Of a stretch of 64,000 bases of DNA, positions 62,573 through 64,000 are shown piece by piece (positions within the stretch are counted from its first letter, which is position 1; each line of letters begins with the position of its first letter). The translations under genes and the position numbers were made by a program. The notes below the pieces were generated by a model. That model worked only from the letters and a program-made list of their open reading frames with translations, was not told the DNA's origin and did not search any database. Source of the stretch: Paraspadella gotoi (Eukaryota > Animalia > Chaetognatha); contig CM119264.1 of NCBI GenBank assembly GCA_051294375.1, positions 6,764,804 through 6,828,803 of the forward strand. Direction: 5' to 3'.

Positions 62573-63217
62573 TTACATACAAAGGATTAAACCATGAATA
62601 GAAAACTATAATTATATAAATTTTATAATTTCTAACCATTACACAAAATTGGGATCGACCCCACTCAACCTAACATAACTCCCTGCATTTTGCTTATATT
62701 TATTGTTAACAACAATCATGAAGACGTGATATTAGATGAAAAAATGAAAATACGAAACGCGTTGAGGGGAAAATAATGAAAAAAAATTGACGGCGTCTTT
62801 CCTATGCGTCAGAAAACCTTACGACTTCTACTTCCCGTCCCCAAGAAAGCAGGCACCGAACGAAGCGGAAGTTTTTATTGCCGGTGCCAGCTCATACTGT
62901 CATCTGCCACATCTATCAGACCTCCACGCCTTTTCTGCCCGCCATTCTCTTCACGTCTGCACGGGTTTCTCGACACATCTCCCGCATTCCGGTGTCAGTT
63001 CTACTTTGATATGACAGTAGTAAATTCCGGCAGAAACGAACATCTTCTTCAGAGTTTTTAGCCGGATATATGCTAATAGCAGATTCCGGCTCGATGATTC
63101 ACTTTGTTGGTCCGTCGGTCCATCCCCACGATCTTGTTGGAAAATCACTTACATAATCTGAAAACATCAAATTATGGTAAATTATGAAAAAAAAACAAAA
63201 AAAACAAACAAATACAA

Positions 63218-63390
63218 TGTCCGTCTGTCCAACCGTCTGTCTGTCCGTCCGTTCATCTGTCCGTCACCTCTTCGCTTTGATTGCCAATTAGTAATAAGGA
63301 TGGGGCGATTAAGTTGAAATTTTTTTTGTGGGTAAAGAATGTGTGATTGAGCGAGAAATTAAGTTTTAATGAAATCGTCCAGATGGAAAT
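63218..63390. mobile_element. Possible non-autonomous Helentron/DINE-like fragment
   Basis: Only a (GTCY)n tetranucleotide microsatellite (tgtccgtctgtcc...) typical of such elements. No termini identified. Confidence 0.25.
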
Positions 63391-63811
63391 GGAAAAAAGT
63401 ATGAGCAAACCGGCTAAATAAAAAAAAATGTTCTATTTTTTTCTTATGCTTTTTTTCCTTTTATATTGAATGTAAATAAAAGTACTCTAACTACAACAGT
63501 TATTTAAATAATTAATTAATAATAATAACAAGTTTGAGCAAACAATGCCGTATCTGCTCATGATTATTAGCAGTAAGATTAGCTGCTTAAGGTTAATTGT
63601 TGCGAGCAGATTCGACATTGATAGCTCTAACTTGTTTTTACTTTTTAGAGTGCTTTCTCAGGAGGCCGCTAGATGGTACTAGTGTGTCCTATATGCGTCT
63701 GGTCCTACTATTTTTTTAAAATTATTAAGGACTTTCGGTTCGTTGCGTTTGAATGTAGAGAAAAGAGAAAAAAAATTTGTTTTTGTTTTTGTTTACATAC
63801 AACATTATTTT

Positions 63812-63851
63812 GCGCTGATGAAGGCTAAGAACCTAGCCAAAACATGTACGT
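63812..63851 (+). ncRNA. Hammerhead ribozyme copy with core mutation (GAAA>AAAA)
   Basis: GCG-CUGAUGA-A-GGCUA agaacc UAGCC-AAAAC-AU-GUA-CGU. Confidence 0.6.
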
Positions 63852-64000
63852 TTTATCTTTGTCAATTAAATTATGTTGTATTAAAAAAAATTTTTTTTAA
63901 AAATCTTTTCTCTATATTATTTACCTCAAAACCTTAAAGAGTATATTCAAACCATATAAATTTAAAACATATTCTGGTCTTGACTAACAACAAACTTGTG

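Overview
Repeat-rich eukaryotic (animal-like) draft-assembly DNA, dominated by (GA/CT)n, (GAC)n and (TTTC)n microsatellites, with eight N gaps and several noisy stretches that look like long-read fill. Most ORFs in the supplied track are microsatellite artefacts. Supported content: (1) a six-exon GH56 hyaluronidase-like gene (+, 46286-50833); (2) nested in its third intron, a nuclear RNase P RNA gene (47623-47921) and an RNase MRP RNA gene (48325-48575) in tandem, each with a TATA box, a shared upstream motif and a T5 terminator (the most notable finding); (3) a four-exon gene for an unidentified two-transmembrane protein (-, 4462-8624); (4) five loci with Penelope-type minimal hammerhead ribozyme motifs, two with an intact core; (5) a ~17 kb inverted duplication (24961-42096) and several smaller fold-back or direct duplications, probably largely assembly or amplification artefacts. 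All calls were made by eye; no database searches were run.
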